Positions 27,834 to 38,035 of a stretch of 64,000 nucleotides of DNA are shown piece by piece. Source of the stretch: a virus (taxonomy: Duplodnaviria > Heunggongvirae > Uroviricota > Caudoviricetes); IMG/VR virus record IMGVR_UViG_3300045911_000760; one strand, written 5' to 3'. The notes under the pieces were generated by a model that was given only the letters and a program-made list of their open reading frames with translations, did not search any database and was not told the origin of the DNA. How positions within the stretch are numbered: position 1 is the stretch's first letter; every line of letters starts with the position of its first letter. Made by a program: the position numbers and the translations under genes.

Positions 27834-29342
27834 TCAGGCGGCTGGCGCCGATCCGAAGTCGAAGCCCCACTCGAGAGTGATCGCCTTCTGGTTCACGTTC
27901 CCGGACAGCTGAACAGGGATGCGAAGGTTCAGCCGCTTCGGTCCGCCGATCCACGCCTGGGTGTTGGCCTTGGCCTGCTCGCGATTGGTGAGGATCGCAG
28001 CGTTGGCGAGGTTCTCGATGATCTGAGAGGCGCGCGACTTCGCATTCTTCGGCTTCTTCGCCGTGGGCTCGGTCACCGGCTCGTCATCGCCGACCAGGGG
28101 AGCGCCGTCCCATTCCGGTCGTTTGAACTCCAGCGCGATGTTGAACAGGATGTTCTGCAGCTTCACGATGTCGACCACGTGCCGGTAGGGAGGGGGCTCC
28201 TCGCCCTCCGGCCGGTAGCAGGTCACCACGTCGCTGATCCGAAGGACGTCGTCGTCCCCCTTCTCGACGGTGGAACTTCCGGACTTCACCGCGAAGTCGC
28301 GCTGGGCGTAGTCCCACTGCTCCGCGTCGGTGCCGGGGATGATGCGGTCCAGCAGCTGGCTGCCGTAGTCGTGCGCGGGGATGTTGTTTGCCAGGCGTGC
28401 GATGCGCGCCACGGCCCGAGCCGCAACGACGGCGGGAAGGTTGGGCGAGCCGGGCGCCGGCATCTGGACATTGACGGCGTCGCCTCGGCGCGCGGAGGTC
28501 TCCGTGGTGGCTGCCGCCACGTTGGCCTTCGTGTTCCCGGTGAACACGACCAGGGGCTTCTGCACGAGCGGATCCCAGCGACCCGACCCGGGCGTCGTTT
28601 CCGTGCCCGGCGTCCCGCCGAACTCCTGGTAGGCGTCGAGCGCGTCCGTGTCCTCGATGTTGAGGCCGTTGATGCCCATCGTGACCCACTGGCTACCGAT
28701 CTGCTCGAGCGCCTCGGTGACGTCGGGGTTGATCAGGCCGCCGGATGGCTGGGTGATGCCGAACGTCATGCCGCTCAACTCTCCGAGGAGCTCGACCACG
28801 ACATCGTTCCCGCTTTCGCCGGACCACTTCACCTGAAGCGTGACGCTGGTCGGGCCCGCCGTCGCAGTGACCGGCATGCGCAGTGTGCCGTTGATCGCGT
28901 TGGCGATCTTCGTGCAAATGTTCGCGATGGACTCACCCTGGAGGATGACGAACGGCGCCGAGAGCCGTCCGGCGGCGCGCACTCTGTAGCGCTTGCTCTC
29001 CGTCTGGCTGCCCGTGGGCGTGATCGCTCCGGTTGCGGCGACCCCTTCGTACCCGGGCTGGAGCGGGAACACCGTGACCCGCACGGTGCCCACACCATCG
29101 CCGCTCAGGGGCAGGAGTTCGTCGACGATCAGGTCCGCCAGGGAGCCCCATCCGAGGCGCCTCCCGACTTCTGCGGACCCACCGGTCACGACGAACTTCT
29201 CGGAGCTGTACACGGCCGAGTCGGACCCGGGCGCGAACACCGCGATGTGCTGCGGCAGGTTCAGGGCAGACCCTTGCCGCATGTCCTTGTACTGGGTCTT
29301 GATGCCGGTCACTCGGGCGACGGCTGTTGCATCGACGGGCAT
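27834..29342 (-). CDS. tail sheath protein (contractile tail)
   Basis: About 500 aa from the internal Met (MPVDATAVARVTGIKTQYKD). Sheath-like N-terminus and size. It is followed by the tube gene, in Myoviridae-type order. Confidence 0.65.
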   Translation of the reverse strand: MPVDATAVARVTGIKTQYKDMRQGSALNLPQHIAVFAPGSDSAVYSSEKFVVTGGSAEVGRRLGWGSLADLIVDELLPLSGDGVGTVRVTVFPLQPGYEGVAATGAITPTGSQTESKRYRVRAAGRLSAPFVILQGESIANICTKIANAINGTLRMPVTATAGPTSVTLQVKWSGESGNDVVVELLGELSGMTFGITQPSGGLINPDVTEALEQIGSQWVTMGINGLNIEDTDALDAYQEFGGTPGTETTPGSGRWDPLVQKPLVVFTGNTKANVAAATTETSARRGDAVNVQMPAPGSPNLPAVVAARAVARIARLANNIPAHDYGSQLLDRIIPGTDAEQWDYAQRDFAVKSGSSTVEKGDDDVLRISDVVTCYRPEGEEPPPYRHVVDIVKLQNILFNIALEFKRPEWDGAPLVGDDEPVTEPTAKKPKNAKSRASQIIENLANAAILTNREQAKANTQAWIGGPKRLNLRIPVQLSGNVNQKAITLEWGFDFGSAPAA

Positions 29343-29430
29343 GTGAGCTTCTCCTGGAAAGTGGGCGCACGAACGCATCCCCGGCCTGCGCAGCGCGGCG
29401 CCCAGGGAGCGAGAGAGGTTGGTTTGGCTG

Positions 29431-30126
29431 CTACGGAGCCGGCGTCGCCGGGAACTCGGCGAGCAAGAACTCGCCGTTCAGGCGATTGATGCGCACAGAA
29501 ACGCCTTCGAGCGTCTCCGGGACCGTCTCGAGCGACTCCTCGTTGAAGTCGACGTGAAAGGCGATCCTTCCAGCGTGCACGTTCTGCAGATTCCGGTTGT
29601 CGATCTGCGGCTGGAACATCGTGATCGTCTCTGCGTGACGACCCCAGACGAACTGGTTCTCGCGCCGAGGCGTGCCGAGGTACATGTACGTCCCGGCCAT
29701 CAGGATCCCGCGCACGAGCTCCGCGGTTTCATCCGCGATGCGAGCTGCAACGAGGTCGCCGGGCTCGTGGCCGTCCTCCGTCTCGCTGCTGACGCCGCAC
29801 GCGTAGCAATCGATCTGGTAGACGCCGGTGACTTTGTCGCGGGAGATCGGGTTGCTCGCCGCCTTCGTCGTGCTCCGGTTGTCGAACCAGACGTTCACGA
29901 TGGGGCGCAGGTCCCCTTCGTCCTGGGCCCCAGGAAGCCTGAACTCGTCCCAGGGATTCGTCCGCTCACGGAAGACCCGGATGTCGTAGGGGGAGGGGTC
30001 GTCGCTCTCCTCGACCGCGAGGACCCGCTGGTTCTTGGACTCGACCAGCAGGATCTTGGCGAGCAGGTCACCGATGATCCACCGGCGACTACGCACATCG
30101 ATCCTCTGCGTGATGCGCGCCGTCAC
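29431..30126 (-). CDS. hypothetical virion protein (neck / tail-completion candidate)
   Basis: 231-aa ORF between the head-completion genes and the sheath; function not recognised. Confidence 0.35.
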   Translation of the reverse strand: MTARITQRIDVRSRRWIIGDLLAKILLVESKNQRVLAVEESDDPSPYDIRVFRERTNPWDEFRLPGAQDEGDLRPIVNVWFDNRSTTKAASNPISRDKVTGVYQIDCYACGVSSETEDGHEPGDLVAARIADETAELVRGILMAGTYMYLGTPRRENQFVWGRHAETITMFQPQIDNRNLQNVHAGRIAFHVDFNEESLETVPETLEGVSVRINRLNGEFLLAEFPATPAP

Positions 30127-30506
30127 CGGTAGTAGGCCTCGAGGTGACAGGTCACGATGCCGAGATCCCGATCCGGGAAGGCCTCGATGACCTTGAAGGT
30201 GTGGGGAACCCCGTCGATGTCGTTGAACACGACCACCCAGGGCTTACGCCCCGAGTCAGCTTCGCCGCGCGGGTAGGGGAGCTGGGCGGCGGCGAGCGTC
30301 TTGGTCGAGAAGGCCACAGACGCCCGGCGACCGGCTACGGCGACCCCGGTCTCAGGGTCGATGGTCTGGTGGATGTCGTTCGAGTACCCCCGAAGAGCCA
30401 CTGGGGCGCGTTCGGGGGCCTCGAGCGAGACCTCCCACGCAAAGCCGGCGTCGACGTCCTCGAGAAAACTCTGGGCGTCGGACGCCGCCAATTCGCGGAG
30501 GTTCAC
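30123..30506 (-). CDS. hypothetical head-tail connector candidate
   Basis: 127-aa ORF with ATGA overlap to the downstream gene, in the head-tail joining region. Confidence 0.35.
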   Translation of the reverse strand: MNLRELAASDAQSFLEDVDAGFAWEVSLEAPERAPVALRGYSNDIHQTIDPETGVAVAGRRASVAFSTKTLAAAQLPYPRGEADSGRKPWVVVFNDIDGVPHTFKVIEAFPDRDLGIVTCHLEAYYR

Positions 30507-30513
30507 GGGGCGG

Positions 30514-30981
30514 TCAGTCCTTCACCAAGAAGCCCTTCTCGAAGAGCTCCCGCATGGTGTTCTCGCCGTCACCGAACTCTCTCGGGCTGACCACGGTCCC
30601 GGCCGGGCGAACGCCCTTGAACGTGACCAGGTCCTTCCCAGGAGCAACCTTGAAGACGCCCGCCTTCGAGGTTGGGGGAGCCGGTGGCGCATCCGGCGGC
30701 TGGCTCGAACCCTCGGGCGGGCCATCCGGAGAGGCCTCTCCCGGCGTTCCAGGAGCTGGGTCGTCCGTTGGCACTGAGGGGACCTGGGGAGCACGCGGCT
30801 CCGACGGGACCGCTTCAGGTTCCACGCGACGAGCCCCACCGTGCATCCCGACGGCTTTGACGCGCAGCTGCGCGAGCAGGTCGGACAGCTTCGCGTTGTT
30901 GAGCCCGTCGGTCGATACGTCCTCCCCAAGCTGAGCGCTCAGGGAGGCGATCTCGTCTCGCAACTCGCGGTTGGTGGCCAT
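30514..30981 (-). CDS. hypothetical protein downstream of the major capsid gene
   Basis: Internal Met start (MATNRELRDEIASLSAQLG) overlaps the capsid gene stop. Pro-rich linker and a conserved-looking C-terminus (FKVAPGKDLVTFKGVRPAGT). Confidence 0.35.
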   Translation of the reverse strand: MATNRELRDEIASLSAQLGEDVSTDGLNNAKLSDLLAQLRVKAVGMHGGARRVEPEAVPSEPRAPQVPSVPTDDPAPGTPGEASPDGPPEGSSQPPDAPPAPPTSKAGVFKVAPGKDLVTFKGVRPAGTVVSPREFGDGENTMRELFEKGFLVKD

Positions 30982-32057
30982 CAGGAGTTGACGGTCAGAC
31001 GCCCGAAGGTGTCGATGCCGGTGGGGATGGTGAGGGGACGGGCAGCTGCGCCCACCACGAGCCGCTTGCCGTCCGGCGAGATGTAGGCGTTCGTGGTGAG
31101 GTCCAGGCTCGTCTTGGGGTCGGAGATCCTTCCGGGGAGGAAGCGCGCAGCGAGGTTCTCCGGCCTGCGGAACAGAGGGACTCCGCCGAAGGTGAGGTCG
31201 AGCCGGCCATTGCTGGACAGCATCAACACCTCGTTGTGGGCCACGTAGGGCGTGTCCTGCTTCGTCACCGGGTGGGTGTAGGACTCGCTGTAGCTCCACA
31301 TTTCGAACTGGTAGTGGCCCACGAAGACCCAGCCCTGGAACGTGGCACCCTGACCGCGCGGTTCCGGAGCGACCCGGCCGAGGCCCATCGAGCGGTTGTC
31401 GAGCCTGGACTTGACTTCCTCGTCGGAGAGCCAGAGGTCCAAGGCCTCCTCGCCGAAGATCAGCTTGGCGGGGGAACTCTTCCCGTCGCGACGGATCACT
31501 TCTGCGAGGCCCGCAACGTCACGCATTGGCTGGGCGCCTGTGGTTCCCCAGGGGGTGCCCACGGTGACGAAGTGGCTGGACTTGGGCTGGAAGTTCAGCG
31601 CGTAGTTCGTGCCGTCATTGCCGGCCAGTTCGAGTTCCCCACTACGGAGAACTTGGCTCGCCATGACCTCGGTGGTGCGCCGGATCATGGCGTCGAGCTT
31701 GCGAAAGACGGAGAACGCGTCGTCCATCGCCTTGTCGACGAACTCGAAGTCCTGGAAGGGATCCTGCCCGGCCAGGCGATCGAACTGGTTCCAAGCCAGG
31801 ACCAGTCCTTCCTCGTCGAGGATGGGCGGCGTGAACTCCTTGCTCGTGAACTTGTTGCTCTCGTTCTGGTTGGGACCCAGCGAGAGGTCCTTGACCACGA
31901 CGGCGATGTCTCGACCGTCACGCTGGACGTCGAGCTTCACCTTCTCGCTGTTGTGGTAGTTCCTGGGCGGGCTCTGGAAGTGCCCCGCCAGGAACATCGG
32001 CGCCGGTGCCTCTTCCTGGTACCGGGCGATCATGCGCAAAGTAGTTGCGTCGGGCAT
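30981..32057 (-). CDS. major capsid protein, lambda gpE family
   Basis: 358 aa positioned after the protease/scaffold and decoration genes. Sequence resembles Phage_cap_E proteins. Confidence 0.75.
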   Translation of the reverse strand: MPDATTLRMIARYQEEAPAPMFLAGHFQSPPRNYHNSEKVKLDVQRDGRDIAVVVKDLSLGPNQNESNKFTSKEFTPPILDEEGLVLAWNQFDRLAGQDPFQDFEFVDKAMDDAFSVFRKLDAMIRRTTEVMASQVLRSGELELAGNDGTNYALNFQPKSSHFVTVGTPWGTTGAQPMRDVAGLAEVIRRDGKSSPAKLIFGEEALDLWLSDEEVKSRLDNRSMGLGRVAPEPRGQGATFQGWVFVGHYQFEMWSYSESYTHPVTKQDTPYVAHNEVLMLSSNGRLDLTFGGVPLFRRPENLAARFLPGRISDPKTSLDLTTNAYISPDGKRLVVGAAARPLTIPTGIDTFGRLTVNS

Positions 32058-32223
32058 TGCTTTTCTCCTGGTTGAGGACGCACCTCCGCATCCCCGTAGG
32101 CGCAGCGGGGCGCCCAGGGACGTTCGGTGACCCTCGAATGGTCTTGGTTCGGTGAGCCGCAGCGCCCGTCCCTTTCGGGGCGCGCTGCGGCTACATCACT
32201 GGCTCAGGTGGATCGTTTGTCGA

Positions 32224-32646
32224 TCAGGAGTCCAGGTCGTCAGGTTGCGGGTTGTCGACCTGTGCGAGTTGACGGACGCTCTTGGTCCGGATGCTGACCG
32301 CTCGGAGGAGGTCCAGAACGACAGCGTCGACGTTCTCGTTGTCGCCATCGGCGTGGATCACGAGCCGGCTCTCGTTCACGATTCCCGCGGTGAGAACCTG
32401 AGCTGGAACATTGCCCGCCCCAGTCGCCTCGAGCTCGTAGGTCAGGATCGCCTTGGGTACACCATTCCCATTCGAGCTTCCGCCCTTGACGTAGGGAATG
32501 AAGAGACCGGTCCCGGTGTGGCGAGCCAGAATCGTTCCCTCGAGAAGCTTGTCTGCTCCAGCGAAGGCGATCTCGTTCTGCTCGCGGGACTCGGTCTCGA
32601 TGACGACGGACCCGCGGTCGTTGTTGTAGATGTCGATGTTAGACAC
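32224..32646 (-). CDS. head decoration protein (lambda gpD-like)
   Basis: 140-aa protein between the protease/scaffold and major capsid genes, which is the lambda order C-Nu3-D-E. Composition is gpD-like. Confidence 0.5.
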   Translation of the reverse strand: MSNIDIYNNDRGSVVIETESREQNEIAFAGADKLLEGTILARHTGTGLFIPYVKGGSSNGNGVPKAILTYELEATGAGNVPAQVLTAGIVNESRLVIHADGDNENVDAVVLDLLRAVSIRTKSVRQLAQVDNPQPDDLDS

Positions 32647-34063
32647 CGGGCACCTCGTTCTTCTTCTTGTCGTGGTGGTCGAGCGCTTGCTCGATCACGC
32701 TCGTGCCTTTGCCACCTGGCTCCGGGCTTGCGCCAGCGCCCTTCTCAGAATGGCTCTGGGCCCCGCCGGTGACCTCGGCTGCCTGCTGGGTCTCTTGCCC
32801 CCGCGCCGAATGGTCGGCAGCGTTGCGCCCGGCGGAGAAGTAGTCCGCCAAGACCTTCTGATTGTTGAGCGTGACGCCCGAGTCGATGGCCTTGAAGGCC
32901 ACGTCGAGAGCATTGTGGGACTTCCCCATCGTCAGATGGGCGGTGACCCGCTCGCGCTCCTGATCCACACCCACCTGCACCACCGCCTGATAGAGTTCGG
33001 GGTGCTCCTTCTCGAGAGTCTTGATGTCCATGGGACGCCTTTCCTGTTGAGCACCGCCATCAGCGGCGGGTGCTGAGTCTTCTGGGTGGCCCTCGGCCGT
33101 TGGCACGTCCGAACTCGCGCCGGACGGAGCCGGGGCGGGATCGGGAGGGGATTCACTCGAACTCGCCTGCGTCTCCGCGGTGAGCTCGGGAGTGGTTGGT
33201 GGGGCCTGCTCCTCGGCAGCTGGGGCAGGCTGGGGCTCGGTCTCCGTGTTGGGCGCCGGAGCGATCGAGCCGGAGATGCCGCCGCCGCGGGCCACGGGCT
33301 TGGCGTTGAGTACCGCGTCGATCATTCCGCGCCGCTTGGCCTCCTTCGCCAGTACGACGGCGCCGCGTCCGAAGTCCTGGTTCACCGTGTCGACGGTGAT
33401 GGTTTTCCCGGTTGCGAACGACCGCCCTCGAGCGATGGCGTCCACGAAAAGCTCGTGGATCGCGTCGAGGTGCTTCCGGATGACCGCTTGCCCCTCCTCC
33501 GTCGTTGGGTCGGGGCGCTTGTCCGGGGCCTCGGTGCTCGTGATGTCGATGATCCCCTCTTCGACCCAGTAGGACGCCACGACGCCGACGCTGCCGACGG
33601 TGACCGCTGGGTTGACCGCCTCGATCTTGCCGGCCATCGCAGGGATGGCATAGGCCGCCGAGCACGCATACGCGCACCGAGAGACCATCGGCTTTGGGAA
33701 AGCCTCGATGGCAGCGAGCGTGTCGAATAGGCCGTGCACCTGCCCGCCAGGGCTGTCGACGTAGAAGACGACTCGCTTGATACTGTCGTCGGTCCGCGCC
33801 ATGGCCAGCGCGGCCTGGATGTCCGCGTACGTCGTGTTTCCGCCGCCAAAAAGCCAGGCGAGGAAGTCGAACTTCGGCGTGAGAACACCCTCGATACGGA
33901 TCTCTGCCACGTCGCCGGCGATACGCAGGTTTCGCGGACCCTCCGCGCTCCGTGCCTCGATGACGAAGGCATTGAATCGCGCTCGCTCGTCAGCCGTCGG
34001 CTGATACCCGTTCGTCCGCGCTCGCTCGATTTGCTCGGCGAGCCGCTTTTCCATGAGCCACAT
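32639..34063 (-). CDS. head maturation protease (S49/ClpP-like, lambda gpC family) fused to a scaffold-like C-terminal domain
   Basis: S49 signature region VVFYVDSPGGQVHG and catalytic-region context. Long Ala/Pro/Glu-rich C-terminal half typical of scaffold (Nu3-like). Immediately downstream of the portal. Confidence 0.75.
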   Translation of the reverse strand: MWLMEKRLAEQIERARTNGYQPTADERARFNAFVIEARSAEGPRNLRIAGDVAEIRIEGVLTPKFDFLAWLFGGGNTTYADIQAALAMARTDDSIKRVVFYVDSPGGQVHGLFDTLAAIEAFPKPMVSRCAYACSAAYAIPAMAGKIEAVNPAVTVGSVGVVASYWVEEGIIDITSTEAPDKRPDPTTEEGQAVIRKHLDAIHELFVDAIARGRSFATGKTITVDTVNQDFGRGAVVLAKEAKRRGMIDAVLNAKPVARGGGISGSIAPAPNTETEPQPAPAAEEQAPPTTPELTAETQASSSESPPDPAPAPSGASSDVPTAEGHPEDSAPAADGGAQQERRPMDIKTLEKEHPELYQAVVQVGVDQERERVTAHLTMGKSHNALDVAFKAIDSGVTLNNQKVLADYFSAGRNAADHSARGQETQQAAEVTGGAQSHSEKGAGASPEPGGKGTSVIEQALDHHDKKKNEVPGV

Positions 34064-35788
34064 TCAGGCTGCCCTTTCTGTTTGGAGGGTGTCCTCGAGC
34101 CGGTCGACGTACTCCGACAGGTACGAGACGACCGTCCGAAGGTCGGACGCGCTTGCGCCCCCCTTCTGGGGAACCGTCCCCTGGACTTCCTCGCCCGGGA
34201 TTTGCCCGGCTGCGTGCATCTCCGCGAGAAGCTTCCGCTCTCGCATCTGGCGCTTCACAACTCGGGACCACTTCTGGCCCGTGACCTGCCGCGCCGCGGT
34301 GTCAAAGGTGATGAGCCCGCAGTTCAGCTGCATAATCACAGCGCGCATCTGCTTCACGCCGTCGGTTGTCGGCTTGATCTGACCGAACCACTCGGCACCG
34401 ATCCAGGCCCCGAACGTGTCGTACTGCTGGGGGTCTCTCCAGGCTTCGAGGAAGCCTCGAGCTTCGATCCGACGGGTGAGCGCCTGCGAAATGAGCCAGT
34501 CAACGTAGATCGGCTGGCAGAAGCTGTTGCCGAACTTCGTGCGCGCGACGTCGAGGTAGATCTTGAACTCGTTGATGGCGGCCTGGCTCGCGCTGTAGTT
34601 GTTCCTGAAAGACAGCGTCAGCACCTCAGGTGGCACCTCGAGCGCCCAGGCGATGGCGTACACGATGGCTGCCTCGAAGTCGCTGAACTTCTCGTCCGTT
34701 CCCGCCGAGTTGAACCCGTGGATCTTCTCGCCGTGGTTCAGTTCCTCAACGACCCATCCGGGCACCCTTTCGTGCACGAGCCGCCGCGTCTGCTTCCCGT
34801 CGGAGGTGGCCGGGTCCGGCACGACGCGCTTCTTCGCGCCAGAGCTGAAGGCCAGGGAGCCTAGGACGTCCTCGGCCTTCTCGATCCACATGGCCAGCAT
34901 CGAGTTGATGGTGGCCTTGCGCTGCGCCGATTCGCGGTAGCGATCGATCTCACGAAGGGACTGGAGAACCAGGCCGAGCAAAGGCTGCCCGCGAACGTCG
35001 CAGTGCCGCTTGTCTGACCCATAGACGAGCCAAGCGAGGCGTCTCCCGGTCTTGCCGTAGGCGGGGAGCCGCTTGGTTTTCCCGTCCTCCTGCAAGACGT
35101 GGAACGCGACGTGGCGTCCATTCTTGTCGAGCTCGACCCCGTGGACGATCCGGTTCTCTCCCTGCTTGGGCTGCTGGCCCATAGGGGTCTGGACCTCGGA
35201 TCCTGGGACGAGGTGAACCCGCGGGAGGCCAGTCTTGGGGTCCTGAATCAGCGTGACCAGGACGTCGCCACACACCAAGGCCTCGATCAGAGCAGCCTTC
35301 TGGATCTCCCCGAACGTGCCAAGCTCGGCTTGGTCGCAGAGCTGCGGGTTCTTGTCCCAAATCTCGAACCTCCGCTCGACGTTCTCCGTCCAGGGCTCGA
35401 GCTCTTCCGCCTTGAAGCCGAGGATGTCCTCCTCCGGCACCGACTCGAGGCTTAGCCCGGTGGCGATGATGTTCGTGACAAAGCGTCTGACGATTCCGCG
35501 AGCGTACAGGTTCGTTTCGAAGAGCTGCGCAGACCGGGCTCGGAGCGTCCAGTAGTCGACGATCAGGAGCTGTGTGGGACCGAAGCCCCCCGCGAAGCTC
35601 TCACCGTCGTGCCAACGGTACTCGAACTGCGCGTTCGGCAGGTCGGAGACCTGGATGACCGGGACGTGCTTGCCATCGATCACGTGCGCGTTGTGGCTTG
35701 CGAGTGGCGTCGCGGCCACGCCGTGCGCAAGGATTCCGCCCTTCCCATAGAGAGCGTCGAAGGCATCCTTCTTCCCGAAGCCGAACAT
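34064..35788 (-). CDS. portal protein (lambda gpB family)
   Basis: 574 aa following the gpW-like gene and the large terminase. Lambda-type portal features. Confidence 0.8.
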   Translation of the reverse strand: MFGFGKKDAFDALYGKGGILAHGVAATPLASHNAHVIDGKHVPVIQVSDLPNAQFEYRWHDGESFAGGFGPTQLLIVDYWTLRARSAQLFETNLYARGIVRRFVTNIIATGLSLESVPEEDILGFKAEELEPWTENVERRFEIWDKNPQLCDQAELGTFGEIQKAALIEALVCGDVLVTLIQDPKTGLPRVHLVPGSEVQTPMGQQPKQGENRIVHGVELDKNGRHVAFHVLQEDGKTKRLPAYGKTGRRLAWLVYGSDKRHCDVRGQPLLGLVLQSLREIDRYRESAQRKATINSMLAMWIEKAEDVLGSLAFSSGAKKRVVPDPATSDGKQTRRLVHERVPGWVVEELNHGEKIHGFNSAGTDEKFSDFEAAIVYAIAWALEVPPEVLTLSFRNNYSASQAAINEFKIYLDVARTKFGNSFCQPIYVDWLISQALTRRIEARGFLEAWRDPQQYDTFGAWIGAEWFGQIKPTTDGVKQMRAVIMQLNCGLITFDTAARQVTGQKWSRVVKRQMRERKLLAEMHAAGQIPGEEVQGTVPQKGGASASDLRTVVSYLSEYVDRLEDTLQTERAA

Positions 35789-35791
35789 GGG

Positions 35792-36055
35792 TTACCAGCC
35801 CGGCGTCATCTGCTTGCTGCCTCCGCAGCCCAGGCGGGACCGCAGCGCCGCGCGCCGGTTTTCTAGGTTGGAAAGGAGGTTTTTCAACTGCCCAAGCGAC
35901 TGCTTGGTGACGGATTGCCGGGATTGTCCCGTGTCCAAACTGTACGAAAGCGTCGCGCCCGTGGAGAGCTGCAGGATCGCGTCCTCAACCTGCTCGATCA
36001 TAGCTTCGGTCCTCGCCAGGCGCCGCTTCAGCCAGGTCGAGTCGTCGCAAGTCAT
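35792..36055 (-). CDS. head-tail joining protein gpW-like
   Basis: 87-aa ORF between the GpA-type terminase and the portal, exactly where lambda W lies. Confidence 0.45.
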   Translation of the reverse strand: MTCDDSTWLKRRLARTEAMIEQVEDAILQLSTGATLSYSLDTGQSRQSVTKQSLGQLKNLLSNLENRRAALRSRLGCGGSKQMTPGW

Positions 36056-36073
36056 GATCGAGTGGTGGTGAGG

Positions 36074-38035
36074 TCACCGGTTGAGGTGTTGCTGCCGGAT
36101 GTCCCAGTAGATTTGCCAGTCGACGTGAGCGCTCTTCAGTCGCTCCGTGAAGAACGCGAAAGCGAGGATCTCGAGACCAGCAAGCCCGTAGACGAGGCAG
36201 TCCCAGAGCTCGTTCCGCGCGCCGGAGGGCCGTCTCCACTCGTAGAGACCGTTGCCGAGCGGGACTTTGGTCTCGACGGTGAGTTCGTCGATCTGCTCCT
36301 GCGTGATGTCGACCGGGGCATTGAAGTGCCCCTCGCGCTGCATCCCCTGGCCGGACCACTCGTGTCGAAGTGCGGAGCTCCAGCGGTCCTTGTAGACGTC
36401 GACCTGGATGCCGAAGATCGCGATGCCGAGCGGCGAGTTCAGCTTCCGGAAGTGCTTCACCGCCGTCGCGTTTTGCGAGATCCCGGCTAGCCCCTTCACC
36501 GGGTAAACACCGGACATGTAGGTCCGGCAAAACCGGTACACCGTGTCGGCGCGGTAACCCGAGTCGATGAGGGTGATGTCGATCTGGTACTGCGTCCCGT
36601 CGTCAGCGACGTAGTTCACATCACGATCGAGCAGTTCCCCGAGGCGTCCCCAGGTTCCCGAGTCTTCGAGGTCCTCTGTGTTCCCCTCGAAGCGCCAGTA
36701 GTCGAGCAGAACGCACCGCGCCCCGCGGCACCACCCGAACACGGCCACCGCCAGGTTGTTCGCGTGCACGTCGACAGCGCACGTCACGGCCAGGATCGGA
36801 GACCCACAGGCATCGTCGGCCCATTTGTTCGGCACCTCACCGAAGCGGTACTCGGGGCGACGGTGCTTCGAAACGGCTGTATTCGTGACCTTCTCGCCGT
36901 GGTGCTTGAAGGGCTCCCCGAGCACGTTGTTGTAGAAGACCTGCAACTTCCCAGGGTCCTTCATCTGGCCACGCTGCGTATCCCAGGCCAAGAGCCAGTC
37001 CTTCACCGCTTCGGCCCAGCTGTACATGCCGGGGGGCGAGTAGAGGCCGCTCAGGTGATAGCTGCGGATCTCCCGCGACCTAGGTTGCGCCGTCGGGACC
37101 CACTTCGCCCCGTTGATGTCCAGGTCGAAGAGACGCGTCTTGTCGCCGTTGAAGTGCGGGTTCTGGCAGTTCTGGCAGAGGTACCGAACCGACTCCTCGA
37201 CGAGGAACCCGTTCTCCGTCTCCCAATGCATCCCCGAGACGACGCCGGTCTCGTTGTTCTCGTGACGGAACCGGAGCTCCTGTGGAAACCCGCATTTCAA
37301 GCACCGAACGTGGTACTTGCGCTGATCCCCCTGCTTGTAGAGCGCGTGGATCTTCGAGGCGCCCTCGATGAGGGGCGTCGACCCGTTGAAGATCTTCCGG
37401 CTTACCGCGTACGCCTTGGTCCGGCTCTTTGCGAGTTCGTAGGGGTCGCCGTCGTTGCTGACGGTCAGCGGCCACCCATCGATCTCGTCATTGAAGAGGT
37501 ACTGAACAGAGAACGTGCGGAGCTTGGCAGCGTTCCTGGCGCCGAAGGGGATTAGCGAGCCGCCTCCGACCCACTCGATCTTCTCCTTCGTCTGACCGGT
37601 CTTGCGGTTGTTGCCTTCGTCCGAACTCTTGATGAGATGCGACAGCCCGGAGAGCTGAAGCATCGGGATGATGTACCCGCTGACACGGAGGTTCGCGAGG
37701 CCGTCGTCGGCCGTCACGAGCATCATCGGAGCCGACTTCAGGTGGTCGATGCCGTACCCGATGCCGTTCTCGATGATCCCAGCCGTGTACCCGACCTGGG
37801 CCCCCTTCATCAGGGAGACCTCGCGGACCGGTGACTCCGGCGAGAGGCAGTCGATAATCTCTCGCAGGTACGGCGTGACCGCGAAACGGTAGGGGCCAGG
37901 AAGCGCGGTATGCTGGGGAGGGAGGTATCGGCTCCGTTCAGCCCATTCTGAGGGCTTCAGGACCTCCATCTGGGTGGTCCAGGAAGCGAGCCCATCCGCC
38001 AGCCACTCGAGCTGAGCGGCTTCGAAGTTTTGCAT
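36074..38035 (-). CDS. terminase large subunit, GpA family
   Basis: 653 aa with Terminase_GpA-like architecture. It includes a Cys cluster (CLKCGFPQ...CQNCQNPHF) and Walker-type segments, and overlaps the small-subunit stop. Confidence 0.85.
   Translation of the reverse strand: MQNFEAAQLEWLADGLASWTTQMEVLKPSEWAERSRYLPPQHTALPGPYRFAVTPYLREIIDCLSPESPVREVSLMKGAQVGYTAGIIENGIGYGIDHLKSAPMMLVTADDGLANLRVSGYIIPMLQLSGLSHLIKSSDEGNNRKTGQTKEKIEWVGGGSLIPFGARNAAKLRTFSVQYLFNDEIDGWPLTVSNDGDPYELAKSRTKAYAVSRKIFNGSTPLIEGASKIHALYKQGDQRKYHVRCLKCGFPQELRFRHENNETGVVSGMHWETENGFLVEESVRYLCQNCQNPHFNGDKTRLFDLDINGAKWVPTAQPRSREIRSYHLSGLYSPPGMYSWAEAVKDWLLAWDTQRGQMKDPGKLQVFYNNVLGEPFKHHGEKVTNTAVSKHRRPEYRFGEVPNKWADDACGSPILAVTCAVDVHANNLAVAVFGWCRGARCVLLDYWRFEGNTEDLEDSGTWGRLGELLDRDVNYVADDGTQYQIDITLIDSGYRADTVYRFCRTYMSGVYPVKGLAGISQNATAVKHFRKLNSPLGIAIFGIQVDVYKDRWSSALRHEWSGQGMQREGHFNAPVDITQEQIDELTVETKVPLGNGLYEWRRPSGARNELWDCLVYGLAGLEILAFAFFTERLKSAHVDWQIYWDIRQQHLNR

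Noticed and set aside
27813-29489. Long plus-strand ORFs antisense to the minus-strand structural genes (for example 27813..29489, 2309..4609, 6331..7758, 57525..58703, 33734..34864).
   Set aside because: Arg/Gly/Pro/Asp-rich low-complexity translations are typical of antisense frames in about 70% GC DNA. Each overlaps a minus-strand gene with clear family signatures.
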